From assembly GCA_963745715.1 (NCBI GenBank), contig CAVUYN010000002.1:39751-103750 (forward strand): a stretch of DNA of 64,000 bases, written 5' to 3'. Of this stretch, positions 49,102 through 57,767 are shown piece by piece. This stretch comes from an uncultured Acidobacteriota bacterium. GTDB lineage: Bacteria > Acidobacteriota > Terriglobia > Terriglobales > Acidobacteriaceae. The number at the start of each line of letters is the position of its first letter. Position 1 is the stretch's first letter. The position numbers and the translations under genes were made by a program. Below the pieces are notes generated by a model, which was not told where the DNA came from, ran no database searches, and saw nothing but the letters and a program-made list of their open reading frames with translations.

Positions 49102-49324
49102 TCGTCAGTTACGAGTGAGCTCAGTAGTTGTCCGGCGAAATACATGATTCCCTGTATTGGACCATGCGATTTTGGAAGTTAGCCTCGCCTTTGGGCGTTG
49201 GAAGGCGTCCGCCTTCGTCGCATCCATGGTGCAGGCATTTGTTATTGGTCAGGCTGTCACATCCATTGCAGGGTAGAATGTGGCGAATCGTCTGGTCGGT
49301 CTCCCCCAAAGGAACTGAAACGGA

Positions 49325-49738
49325 ATGACAATTCGCATACTTTTAGTAGATGACCACCCAATTGTTCGACAGGGGTTGAAAACCCTTTTGGAAGGACACT
49401 CGGACTGGGAAGTCATTGGCGAAGCCGCCGACGGAGCTGAAGCCGTTGAAAAGGCAAGGGATTTAAATCCTGACGTCATGGTGCTCGACGTCACCATGCC
49501 AAGGATGAACGGTTTGGAGGCGTGCCGGTTGCTTCGACGTCAGTCTCCCGCGCTTGAGATTTTGTTTGTTACCCAGCATGACTCCCCGCAAATGATGCGG
49601 GAGGCTCTGGAAGCGGGTGCGCGAGGATATGTGGTGAAGTCCAATGCCGCTCGTGACTTGTTGGCGGCAGTGGAGGCAGTCAGTCAGCACCGAGTATTTA
49701 CGGCATTAAATGGGCGAAGTTTTCCGGAATTGCGGTAG
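49325..49738 (+). CDS. stand-alone NarL-type receiver (REC only)
   Basis: Sequence MTIRILLVDDHPIVRQGLKTLLEGHSDWEVIGEAADGAEAV...VMVLDVTMPRMNG. It ends right after the REC alpha-5 helix. The next gene starts 48 nt later, leaving no room for an HTH. Confidence 0.8.
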   Translation: MTIRILLVDDHPIVRQGLKTLLEGHSDWEVIGEAADGAEAVEKARDLNPDVMVLDVTMPRMNGLEACRLLRRQSPALEILFVTQHDSPQMMREALEAGARGYVVKSNAARDLLAAVEAVSQHRVFTALNGRSFPELR

Positions 49739-49785
49739 GTGCACGGGAATCTGCAGTCCATCTTGCTCTGGAGAGGGCGACCATT

Positions 49786-50493
49786 ATGAAACTAAGGATC
49801 TTGTTGGCCGACGACCATGAAATTGTGCGGCGCGGGTTGCGCGCGCTTCTCGAAAAGCATGAGGGATGGGAAGTTTGCGGCGAGGCCAGCGATGGCCGCG
49901 AGGCGGTCGAGAAGGCCCTGCAACTGAACCCTGATGTCGTCATCGTCGACATCGGCATGCCGAATCTGAATGGCTTAGACACCACGCGCCAACTCCTGCA
50001 ACATGATCCTCATTTCAAGGTCATCGTCCTGACGATTACGGACTCGGATCAGGTCATTCGGGAGGCTTTGGATGCCGGGGCTCGTGGTTTTGTCCTGAAG
50101 TCCGATGCAGCTCGCGATCTCGTGTCTGCGGTGGAGGCACTACAGAATAAACGCATGTTCTTTACGCCGCGCGTAAACGACCTGGTTCTGGCTGGATTTC
50201 TGGAAAAGGGCCAGACGGTTTCGCGAAACGAAGCCCCCAAGTTGCCGACTTTGACCGCCCGTGAGCGCGAGATCACTCAACTGCTCGCCGAGGGTAATAG
50301 CTCCAAGGAAGTGGCTTCACTTCTGAACTTAAGCACCAAGACTGTGGAGACTCACCGCAGCAATATCATGCGCAAACTGAGTTTTCACTCGATCCGCGAT
50401 CTTGTTGTTTATGCTATTAAGAACAATCTGATCCAGATTGAGTTACCTCCCCCACCCAAAACGCCCACGGGCTCTGGTCCCACGGCGGCATAG
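49786..50493 (+). CDS. NarL/FixJ family response regulator (REC plus LuxR-type HTH)
   Basis: REC with VVIVDIGMPNLNG. HTH LTAREREITQLLAEGNSSKEVASLLNLSTKTVETHRSNIMRKL. Confidence 0.9.
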   Translation: MKLRILLADDHEIVRRGLRALLEKHEGWEVCGEASDGREAVEKALQLNPDVVIVDIGMPNLNGLDTTRQLLQHDPHFKVIVLTITDSDQVIREALDAGARGFVLKSDAARDLVSAVEALQNKRMFFTPRVNDLVLAGFLEKGQTVSRNEAPKLPTLTAREREITQLLAEGNSSKEVASLLNLSTKTVETHRSNIMRKLSFHSIRDLVVYAIKNNLIQIELPPPPKTPTGSGPTAA

Positions 50494-50518
50494 CGGTTCC
50501 GAACGGTTAAGGCTTCTC

Positions 50519-51599
50519 TTATCGGAGCGTTTCTCCCGGGTAGTACCCGTTGCGGGTGCGTACCGTGAGGCGAGTGTGTGCCGGCCCTCTGGCTTCAACG
50601 CGAATCTGCTGATATCCCTTTCCGATGGCCGGGCCAGGATTGTAAGCAAGGGTGTACTGGCTTCGAATATCGTGGGCCACCGTCCGCGTGATGAAGTCTA
50701 CTTCGTCCAGGCTCTGCGGGAAAAATGCCATGCCACCCGTACTCGCTGCCAAATTCTGCAGAGCCTCCCTTCCAGAGCGAGTCATTCCTTCATCCGTTAG
50801 GCCAATCGCGTACAGTGTCGCGCCTTTGTTCGACTGCAGCTTGCGCATTGCATCCTGCAACGTTTCCTGGCTCATATTGTCTTGCCCATCAGTTATAACA
50901 AGCAGCACTTTCTTGTCGAGACGGGGATTGTTCCTGAGATGCACGTTCGACGCGACCACTGCGTCGTACAGCGCGGCGCTGCCGCGAGTTGACGTTTCGT
51001 GCAACGCCGCCTGCAAAAGATTGACATCCGATGTGAAGTCTTGGTCCAGATAGGGTGTCTGACCGAAGTTCACCACGAATACTTCATCCTGAGGATTGCT
51101 TGCCCGGAGCAGATTCAGCACTGCCTGATTCACCTTGCCCCGCTTATCCCGCATAGATCCGGAATTGTCGATGACGATTCCGAGAGCGACTGGGGCGTCT
51201 TCGCGACGGAAAGACGTAATCGTCTCTGGCTGTCCGTTTTGGTAGATGGAGAAGACGTTGCGATCGAGTGTGGTGACCAGGCGACCTGCTTCGTCCACGA
51301 CTGTCGCGTGCAAAGACACTTCTTGTACTTGCTTTTTAAAGACAAACCTACCTTACTCCTCCGAATTTGGGACCTCCTTGATCGAACCCCCGGCGGGTGA
51401 TTGTTGGTCGCGGCTCTTGCTGCAGCGCGGACGGAGGAGGAACAGTCCGCGGGGGTAGTGACATCGGGTTCTCCGAGCCGGGGGGAGGAGTGTCCTGAGA
51501 GTTTTGACCAAATGCGATCACGGACAGGCAGGCGGCCAAAGCGCCGAGTGCCAAGATGTTAAGTGCCGAGCGAAGAAAACAAATCTTGCGAACAATCAT
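50519..51599 (-). pseudogene. VWFA-related acidobacterial-type secreted protein, interrupted by one extra base near 51350
   Basis: ORF 51348..51599 encodes a signal peptide plus Pro-rich linker, ending GGPKFGGVR*. The shifted frame continues RFVFKKQVQEVSLHATVVDEAGRLV... into a VWA domain (DNSGSM MIDAS motif). The span is 1081 nt, which is 3n+1. Confidence 0.6.
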
Positions 51600-51907
51600 G
51601 GACTACCCTCCGTGCAGCGATTAGATGCCAGGAAGCTATTCGCCGGAAGCTTCGGCATTGCTGTCGTGAACGAGCCTCAACAGGTCTACGGCATTGCCCG
51701 GAGCGTTCCGCTTTTCCGCTACGGGAAAGCCTGTATGGGCTCTTACCCCGCTGAATGTCACAACAGAGTCAGCGCAAAATTAGCGGAAAAACTTACACGA
51801 GTAGCTTGCAATTGGTGTAAGCCAAGTCCTGTCCATGCAATGCAATGCAGATTTGGCCCTGTTTGTGCTTCTGCTCGCAGAGGAACTCCCATGTCTCGGA
51901 GGGAAGA

Positions 51908-52573
51908 ATGCTACGGATCCTGATTGCGGACGACCACGAGGTCGCGCGGCGCGGCATCCGCGCCCTCCTGGAAAATCATCCTGGCTGGGAAGTATGCGCG
52001 GAAGCCAAAGACGGCCGCGAGACGGTGGAACTTGCTGCCAGCACGAAGCCCGATATCGTCCTGCTGGATATAGGGATGCCGAACCTCAATGGACTGGAAG
52101 CTGCTCGCCAGATCTTAGCGGCATCGCCTCAGGTCGCAATTCTAATTTTGACCATGCACGACTCCGACAACGTTGTTCGCGAGGTGTTGCGCGCAGGTGC
52201 TCGCGGATTTCTCCTTAAGTCGGACGCAGGCCGTGATCTGGTCGCCGCTGTCGAGGCTCTCCAACTCCAGAGAACATTTTTCACGACTCGCGTCAGTCAA
52301 ATGGTATTGGATGGATTTCTCGACCGCGAGAAGCGGGACGATGGGAGTGAAGCCAGTGAAGAAATCTCTAGCGAGGTGCTTACGTCTCGGGAACGTGAAG
52401 TCATTCAATTGTTGGCAGAAGGCAAAACGAGTAAGGAAGTTGCCGTAACACTGAATCTGAGCGTTAAGACCGCCGAAACCCACCGAACGAATTTGATGCG
52501 GAAATTAGGTCTGCATTCCGTGGCCGACCTGACTCGCTACGCCGTGCGCAATGGAATCGTGCACGTCTATTGA
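51908..52573 (+). CDS. NarL/FixJ family response regulator (REC plus LuxR-type HTH)
   Basis: GGAGGG precedes the ATG at 51908. REC with IVLLDIGMPNLNG. HTH LTSREREVIQLLAEGKTSKEVAVTLNLSVKTAETHRTNLMRKL. Confidence 0.9.
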   Translation: MLRILIADDHEVARRGIRALLENHPGWEVCAEAKDGRETVELAASTKPDIVLLDIGMPNLNGLEAARQILAASPQVAILILTMHDSDNVVREVLRAGARGFLLKSDAGRDLVAAVEALQLQRTFFTTRVSQMVLDGFLDREKRDDGSEASEEISSEVLTSREREVIQLLAEGKTSKEVAVTLNLSVKTAETHRTNLMRKLGLHSVADLTRYAVRNGIVHVY

Positions 52574-52753
52574 TCTCTGCATCTATAAATGGCCGTCCGA
52601 CTCCTCATTTTAGCTGCCAATCACAGAACGAACGACTCATCTAGAGGAATTTAGTCCGTCGTTGTAGGTAGTTCGCTGGATAGACCGCTCTTTCCCTTCT
52701 TCCATAGTCTGATTCCGAAATATTGGCCAGTCTGTTTACGGGAAGGAAAACGG

Positions 52754-52903
52754 ATGCTCTGGACAATCGCTGTCATCCTGCTGATTCTGTGGCTTCTGGG
52801 AATGGTCAGTTCTTACACGCTCGGCGGTTTCATTCACATCCTGCTGGTGTTAGCTGTGATCACTGTGTTGGTCCGGATCATTCAAGGTCGTAATCCGGTA
52901 TAG
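52754..52903 (+). CDS. lmo0937-family small membrane protein (49 aa; not in the ORF track)
   Basis: GGAAGGAAAA lies upstream. Translation MLWTIAVILLILWLLGMVSSYTLGGFIHILLVLAVITVLVRIIQGRNPV. Confidence 0.7.
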   Translation: MLWTIAVILLILWLLGMVSSYTLGGFIHILLVLAVITVLVRIIQGRNPV

Positions 52904-53103
52904 TCACTTGCCGTTGTCTCGGCACGGGTGCCTTTGACTGGTCACAATTCCCGAGAAACGCGCCAAACATTCGGCGATCCTCGACATCTCATCACTCGCA
53001 TGACGCAATAGATTGTGGTTCGTAGGTTTATGCGAACAGCATCACAATCATCACAAGCGTCGCATGTTAGCCCCATGCGACGAGCCTAACTGGAGGTTTT
53101 CAA

Positions 53104-53352
53104 ATGAATAAAGATCGAGTCGAAGGGAAAGTGAAGGACCTAGCGGGACGGGTCGAACGTCAGGCCGGTGAGTGGACCAACGATCCTAAGAAACAAGTCG
53201 AAGGCGCTGCAAAACAAGCCGAGGGAAAAGTGCAGAACGCTTGGGGAAAGGCCAAAGATGCGGCCACTGACGCCAAGCCGTCCTCGAAACCACCACAACG
53301 CGTCGCCGACGATGATTCAGAAGACGAAGAGTCCGTGAAGGCTCGCCGCTAG
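53104..53352 (+). CDS. CsbD family general stress protein
   Basis: Sequence MNKDRVEGKVKDLAGRVERQAGEWTNDPKKQVEGAAKQAEGKVQNAWGKAKD. GGAGG lies upstream. Confidence 0.85.
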   Translation: MNKDRVEGKVKDLAGRVERQAGEWTNDPKKQVEGAAKQAEGKVQNAWGKAKDAATDAKPSSKPPQRVADDDSEDEESVKARR

Positions 53353-53610
53353 ACGCGACTCACGTCTTCGTTACCGAGGGTGGCTCGGGTCAGCACAAAG
53401 GCCCGGGCCCCTTGGATGCGATGCCGTACTGTTCGACCGAATTGGGCGGCCTCCCTTATCTCCTTTTCGCTCACGTTCCTACAGAACACCCCTCGGAGCA
53501 CTACCCGAACCACGAGTCACAGTCAAGGAAACGACGTCTCTTTTGTGAGGCCATCGCTGTATTCTCCGGCGTTCGGACCAGTTTTAAAATTGCATGCATT
53601 GGAGAAGACT

Positions 53611-53847
53611 ATGCAGCCGATGGCAACCAAGCCTACGCAAGCACCGTCAAACGATAATCCAAAGCAGACCTTCGAAAGTGCCCTGGCTTTGATGCAAAAT
53701 ACGGCCGGCTGCCTTCCATTGGATGTCACGTCACGCAGACGGCCGATCGCGGTTGTGCCAGGAGCCCAGCCGATCGAGAAGCGAGCTCTCTCGGATGCGG
53801 CGCGGGCGCTGGCTCGCCTATGGAATGTCCCCCATTTGGTCCGTTGA
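53611..53847 (+). CDS. hypothetical 78-aa protein (paralog of 59870..60115)
   Basis: GGAGAAG precedes the ATG at 53611. The C-terminal block EKRALSDAARALARLWNV is shared with the ORF at 59870. Confidence 0.45.
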   Translation: MQPMATKPTQAPSNDNPKQTFESALALMQNTAGCLPLDVTSRRRPIAVVPGAQPIEKRALSDAARALARLWNVPHLVR

Positions 53848-53860
53848 GGAGGTTGTGATC

Positions 53861-54043
53861 ATGCTCCGTCCCTTTGGCGCTTTTCTATTGGTATTTACAT
53901 TTCTCGGCCTGATTGTCCACATCGAAGGAGTGGTGGAGTTGTTTGGTAGTGCCGCCATTGCACTGTTTGTTGTCGATTCGGCCCTCGCGTACTTCGGCAA
54001 GCAGGCGAACGCCATAAAAGCGCCTCAAGACCTGCTTCTCTAG
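53861..54043 (+). CDS. hypothetical small membrane protein (60 aa)
   Basis: GAGGAGG lies 8 nt upstream of the ATG at 53861. It has two hydrophobic helices (MLRPFGAFLLVFTFLGLIVHIEG..LFGSAAIALFVVDSALAYF). Confidence 0.4.
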   Translation: MLRPFGAFLLVFTFLGLIVHIEGVVELFGSAAIALFVVDSALAYFGKQANAIKAPQDLLL

Positions 54044-54341
54044 GCCTGAAGCCCTTCTTCCGAAGCTCGCGAGATAGTGGCTTTCTGGCCACAGGCTATG
54101 ATCGTCCCGCCCTCCAAAATGGGTCCTCGAAGGGGTGCAATTCCTCGAATTCCGCTCAGAGAGTACATAAAACACTTTATGGACTCGACCGAACCACGCG
54201 GGTAAAAGTGCTACAGGCTTGTGTAGAAGCTTCACCAGTAGTACGCCACCAGGATGGGGAAGTGATGTGTCATCAACAAAAACTGATGGCACGTGAATTG
54301 CGCTTCCTTCCATCAGCTGCTTCGTCATTCGGGAGTACTTT

Positions 54342-54800
54342 ATGTATCGAACGACGAACTTTCTCTCTAGGTTCATATTACTGGCTGTAACCCCGCTAGT
54401 CTTCGCTCAAGAGCCACAAATGGCCGCTCCTCAGGTTCCCGAGGATGCATTGGCAACTGAGCAGTTGATAGCTTGGTCGCGCCTGCAGAAGCCCCAGCCG
54501 GCTCCGCAGCCGCTTCCTCCGAGGGATACTCCTATCCCGCAGCCGGGTCAGGATCAAGATCAGCAAGCCAAGCCTCCTGCGGATCCCCAGACCCAACAGA
54601 GCCCGACCAGCCAGTCCTTCACCGGCAAAATCGTGAAGGACGGCGCGAAATACGTGCTGAAAGTTGCCAGCAACACTACCTATCAGCTAGATGACCAAGG
54701 CGACATTCGGCAATATGAGAATCAGACCGTTAAGGTTGTCGGAAGCCTGGACGCCGGGAGCAACACAATTCGCGTCGTGAAGATCGAACTCCTCTCCTAA
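54342..54800 (+). CDS. secreted DUF5818-like protein (paralog C) with a Pro/Gln-rich linker
   Basis: A signal peptide, then the core FTGKIVKDGAKYVLKVASNTTYQLDDQGDIRQYENQTVKVVGSLDAGSNTIRVVKIE. Confidence 0.6.
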   Translation: MYRTTNFLSRFILLAVTPLVFAQEPQMAAPQVPEDALATEQLIAWSRLQKPQPAPQPLPPRDTPIPQPGQDQDQQAKPPADPQTQQSPTSQSFTGKIVKDGAKYVLKVASNTTYQLDDQGDIRQYENQTVKVVGSLDAGSNTIRVVKIELLS

Positions 54801-55194
54801 AATCCAGGGGAGCCCAAAACGGGTCGGCCTTTTCCCTCTCTCCTATCGCCGATAGTTGTTCCAGAGTTGTTTCTTCTGATTGGCATGTCAAAGAACGAAA
54901 AGCCTAAAGAAATCTTGTAGCTCTGATCGGCCGAGCACGCCCCCAATGATGTTGAGAGCTTCAGAGTGGGGGCGGAAGAAAAGCAATCCCGTCAGACGAA
55001 ACGATCGCTCCGCCTAACCTCCCCAGCCTTGCCACTATATTTGAAATCTCGCACGTTCCCGTTCCCTTTACGGCATGCTTTCCCACTCCTTTAGCTTCGA
55101 TTTGGCGTTTTCAATTTGTGTATTGAATAGTGTTTCCCCAGTCTTGCGGAAAGGTAGATACGCTGTGCACGGTGATGAAACCACCAAGCAAAAC

Positions 55195-55220
55195 AAAAGG
55201 CCCGCCGTGGCGGGCCTTTC
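55195..55220 (-). terminator. rho-independent terminator
   Basis: On the minus strand: AAGGCCCGCC-acg-GCGGGCCTT followed by TTGTTTTG. Confidence 0.7.
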
Positions 55221-55246
55221 GAACCATTGAGATGGCTAGGTGCTAC

Positions 55247-55594
55247 TTACCGAGTCTCTGCTGCGGTGATATCGACAACGTGCAGCGTGTTCGAGGCCGC
55301 ATCCATCGTTGCCATGACCTTTACGTTCTTGCCTTCGAACTGTTTCGCTTTGTCCTGGTCGTCCAGCTTGTAGGACGTCTGGCTGGCGCTGTCCTGAAGG
55401 ACGAGCTGATCGCCCGACTTCGCGATCTTGCCTTCGAAACTCCGAGCGGACTGCTGCGGATTGGTCGCATCCGTTTGCTGCTGCTGTGGGGTAGACCCAG
55501 CCTGCCCCGGTGTCGACGGAGTTGTCGACGGTGTCTGCGCGATGCCCAGTCCAGAAAGTCCGAGTAGTGCAACGATTGAGAGAAGCTGCTTCAT
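55247..55594 (-). CDS. secreted DUF5818-like protein (paralog D)
   Basis: Signal peptide MKQLLSIVALLGLSGLGIAQ. Core FEGKIAKSGDQLVLQDSASQTSYKLDDQDKAKQFEGKNVKVMATMDAASNTLHVVDI. Confidence 0.65.
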   Translation of the reverse strand: MKQLLSIVALLGLSGLGIAQTPSTTPSTPGQAGSTPQQQQTDATNPQQSARSFEGKIAKSGDQLVLQDSASQTSYKLDDQDKAKQFEGKNVKVMATMDAASNTLHVVDITAAETR

Positions 55595-55989
55595 ATTGAT
55601 CTAACCTCCGAAAGAGTTTGTGAGCTAGCGAATCATCCTGATTCTCACGTGATTACGAGATGCAAGCGGAATGCCAACGCAAACCAGAGCTGGTAACGTC
55701 TTTGTTTCGACAAAGCCTGCGCCGCTGTGCGGTTTTCGACCGTGCAACCTCTGCCGTTGGACTCGAAGTTTTGTCCTAATGGCCTCGGCGTCCACATCTA
55801 CAGTCAATGATGGATATGATTTTTCGCGTTTCGCCCGCAGCCTTCAGCAACCACTGCGCAAAACTAATCCCCTACAAGATTCACCCTAGTGCCTCTGGCT
55901 CAGAAAATGCCTATCGTGGAAACCAATAAGGCGCCAATCCTTCGCTGCGGAAGGAACTTTTACATTCCCGCAATCGGCCAGGAGTAATC

Positions 55990-56514
55990 ATGACCCCCAA
56001 TAGAACAGCTGCCTACGGGATGTACCCTCGAAACGTCGCATTGCCGGATGTAGTCTGCGCCCTCAATCAGGCAGGTTTTGAAAACGAAGATATTTGCATG
56101 GTTCTTTCGCCTGCTCATCCCGACGCGGCGCCCGTCCGTGATGCAAGTATATTCGACATTAAGGGCGGAGAAAGCGCAAACAGCGCACGCATGATCGGCT
56201 GGTTTTCAGAATTTGGCGCGGTAGTTATTCCTACGGTTGGTTTCTTCATTCGCTCGCAGGCATTCTTCCGAGCCCTGCTGATCGAGCAGAATTTCCCGGC
56301 CCTTTCTCGAGGCTCGCGTACGTTGGTAGGCCTCGGATTTTCTCAGGACGACGCGAAACGGCTGGGCAGCCAGCTTTCCGATGTGGGTGCTCTGGTGTAT
56401 GTCTCGTGCCAGGAAGGTACCAAGGCTGACGGCGCCATTGAACTGCTGCGGCGCACCGGAGCCCGCGAGGCCGCATGTCTGGCATCCGCCAAAGCAGCCG
56501 CTGCCGCCGCGTGA
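55990..56514 (+). CDS. YflT/GSP17M-like domain protein (paralog of 33635..34210)
   Basis: N-terminus AAYGMYPRNVALPDVVCALNQAGFENEDICMVLSP parallels the other copy. C-terminal motif ..DDAKRLGSQLSDVGALVYVSC. Confidence 0.55.
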   Translation: MTPNRTAAYGMYPRNVALPDVVCALNQAGFENEDICMVLSPAHPDAAPVRDASIFDIKGGESANSARMIGWFSEFGAVVIPTVGFFIRSQAFFRALLIEQNFPALSRGSRTLVGLGFSQDDAKRLGSQLSDVGALVYVSCQEGTKADGAIELLRRTGAREAACLASAKAAAAAA

Positions 56515-56768
56515 GAGCTTTTCCAGCGCGTTCCAGACCATCTAGCTAAGGTGTTTTCCAGTCACGCCAGGGAATTTCTTCTTTGACGTCATTATCCGCA
56601 GACATCCCATTAGTCTGCGGACGATTCCCCTGCGCCCTTCCGATTGAAGATCTTAACTCGGCCTCGACCTGAACTTTCTCCATTGGCCAGTGAGTTGCAA
56701 AAGGTGTTTGTGCCAACACTTCCTCGTTTTGACGCATCCATCGCTTTCGCAAGGACCGGAGGGCCACT

Positions 56769-57173
56769 GTGATGAAAATGCATCGTGTTTGGATTGAAAT
56801 TTTGATTTACGGTACGGCAATCGCGTGCGCCGTCGCGCTTTTAATTGCAACCCTCGGAGTTGCTGCCGGAGCCGCTGCGGAAGAGGTTGGACCCCAAGCC
56901 AAAGCGGCCGTGGAAGCCAAGGCTTACGAAGGTATCGTGACCTGTTCGCGTTGCGGTGCGAAGCATTCTGCTTCGATCGGGCAGACGGCGACGGTCTGCG
57001 TTCGGGTGTGCGTCCACGGCGGAGCCCAGTTTTCTCTGGTCAGTGCGGATTCGATGTATCTACTCGAGGGCAACTCTGACGCCCTTAAGACGCTGGCCGG
57101 CCAACGCGCGCGTGTTGTGGGCAAACTTAACGGAAAAACAATCCGCGTCGCATCCGTAGTCGCCGAAAGCTAG
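56769..57173 (+). CDS. membrane-anchored Cys-rich DUF5818-like protein (paralog E)
   Basis: N-terminal TM, then the sequence YEGIVTCSRCGAKHSASIGQTATVCVRVCVHGGAQFSLVSADSMYLLEGNSDALKTLAGQRARVVGKLNGKTIRVASV. Confidence 0.45.
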   Translation: MMKMHRVWIEILIYGTAIACAVALLIATLGVAAGAAAEEVGPQAKAAVEAKAYEGIVTCSRCGAKHSASIGQTATVCVRVCVHGGAQFSLVSADSMYLLEGNSDALKTLAGQRARVVGKLNGKTIRVASVVAES

Positions 57174-57767
57174 TCGTGTCCTCATCTGTTTTCAGAGCGA
57201 AAAAGAGGTGCAGAAAGCTTCAAATCGCCTGCGGAGTGACCACGTTGCTCCAATGCATGGAGGAGATTCGGTAACCTACCTGTTTACCTGGGACATCGCC
57301 CCTTTCGCTACAGGATATTGCGTATTGTTTTTATGGGCGGCAGACTCTTAACTAGAGTTGAGCGTTAGGGATTCACTCCGAATCCCAGGGTGGCTGTGAG
57401 TTCACAGCCGCCGTCTCCTGAGGGTGAGCCGATGATGAACCGTATATTGCCTACACCAGCACTGTTCCGGCGTGCTTTTGAGATGTGGCCTTACCTCTTC
57501 ATCAGTGTTTCGGTCACGGGCTTGTCGTATATCGCCTTCAACGCCATCCGATAGTTAGCGCGATCCGAGCGTTCGCTTTCCTCACAAGCTGGAGAAGCTT
57601 TCGGTCAACTCGCGTATGACGCCAATATTTTCCGTTCCTTCCTACGGCATACGCTGGATAGATTGCACATCAGAAAGCCTGGATACTAAAGAGTGGGAAA
57701 AGAACCTCAAACGGAAGCACTTTTTAAGTCACGAAACTGAGATACCTCAAGATTTGGAGACAACAAA

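Noticed and set aside
49121-49309. A 62-aa minus-strand ORF with several Cys/His residues (PCNGCDSLTNNKCLHHGCDEGG) between two receiver genes.
   Set aside because: It lies on the opposite strand in a short intergenic gap with no RBS, and I recognise no family. I kept it only as a remote possibility.
8375-51350. The idea that the frame changes are programmed ribosomal frameshifts.
   Set aside because: I saw no shared slippery heptamer, no stimulatory SD or pseudoknot context, and the local sequences differ at each site. The two uncompensated shifts 51 nt apart in one gene are not typical of recoding. Indel errors or pseudogenes are more parsimonious.
53885-54376. A 163-aa minus-strand ORF.
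   Set aside because: It overlaps the RBS-supported small membrane protein gene on the plus strand. It has Arg/His-rich non-protein-like composition and no family resemblance.
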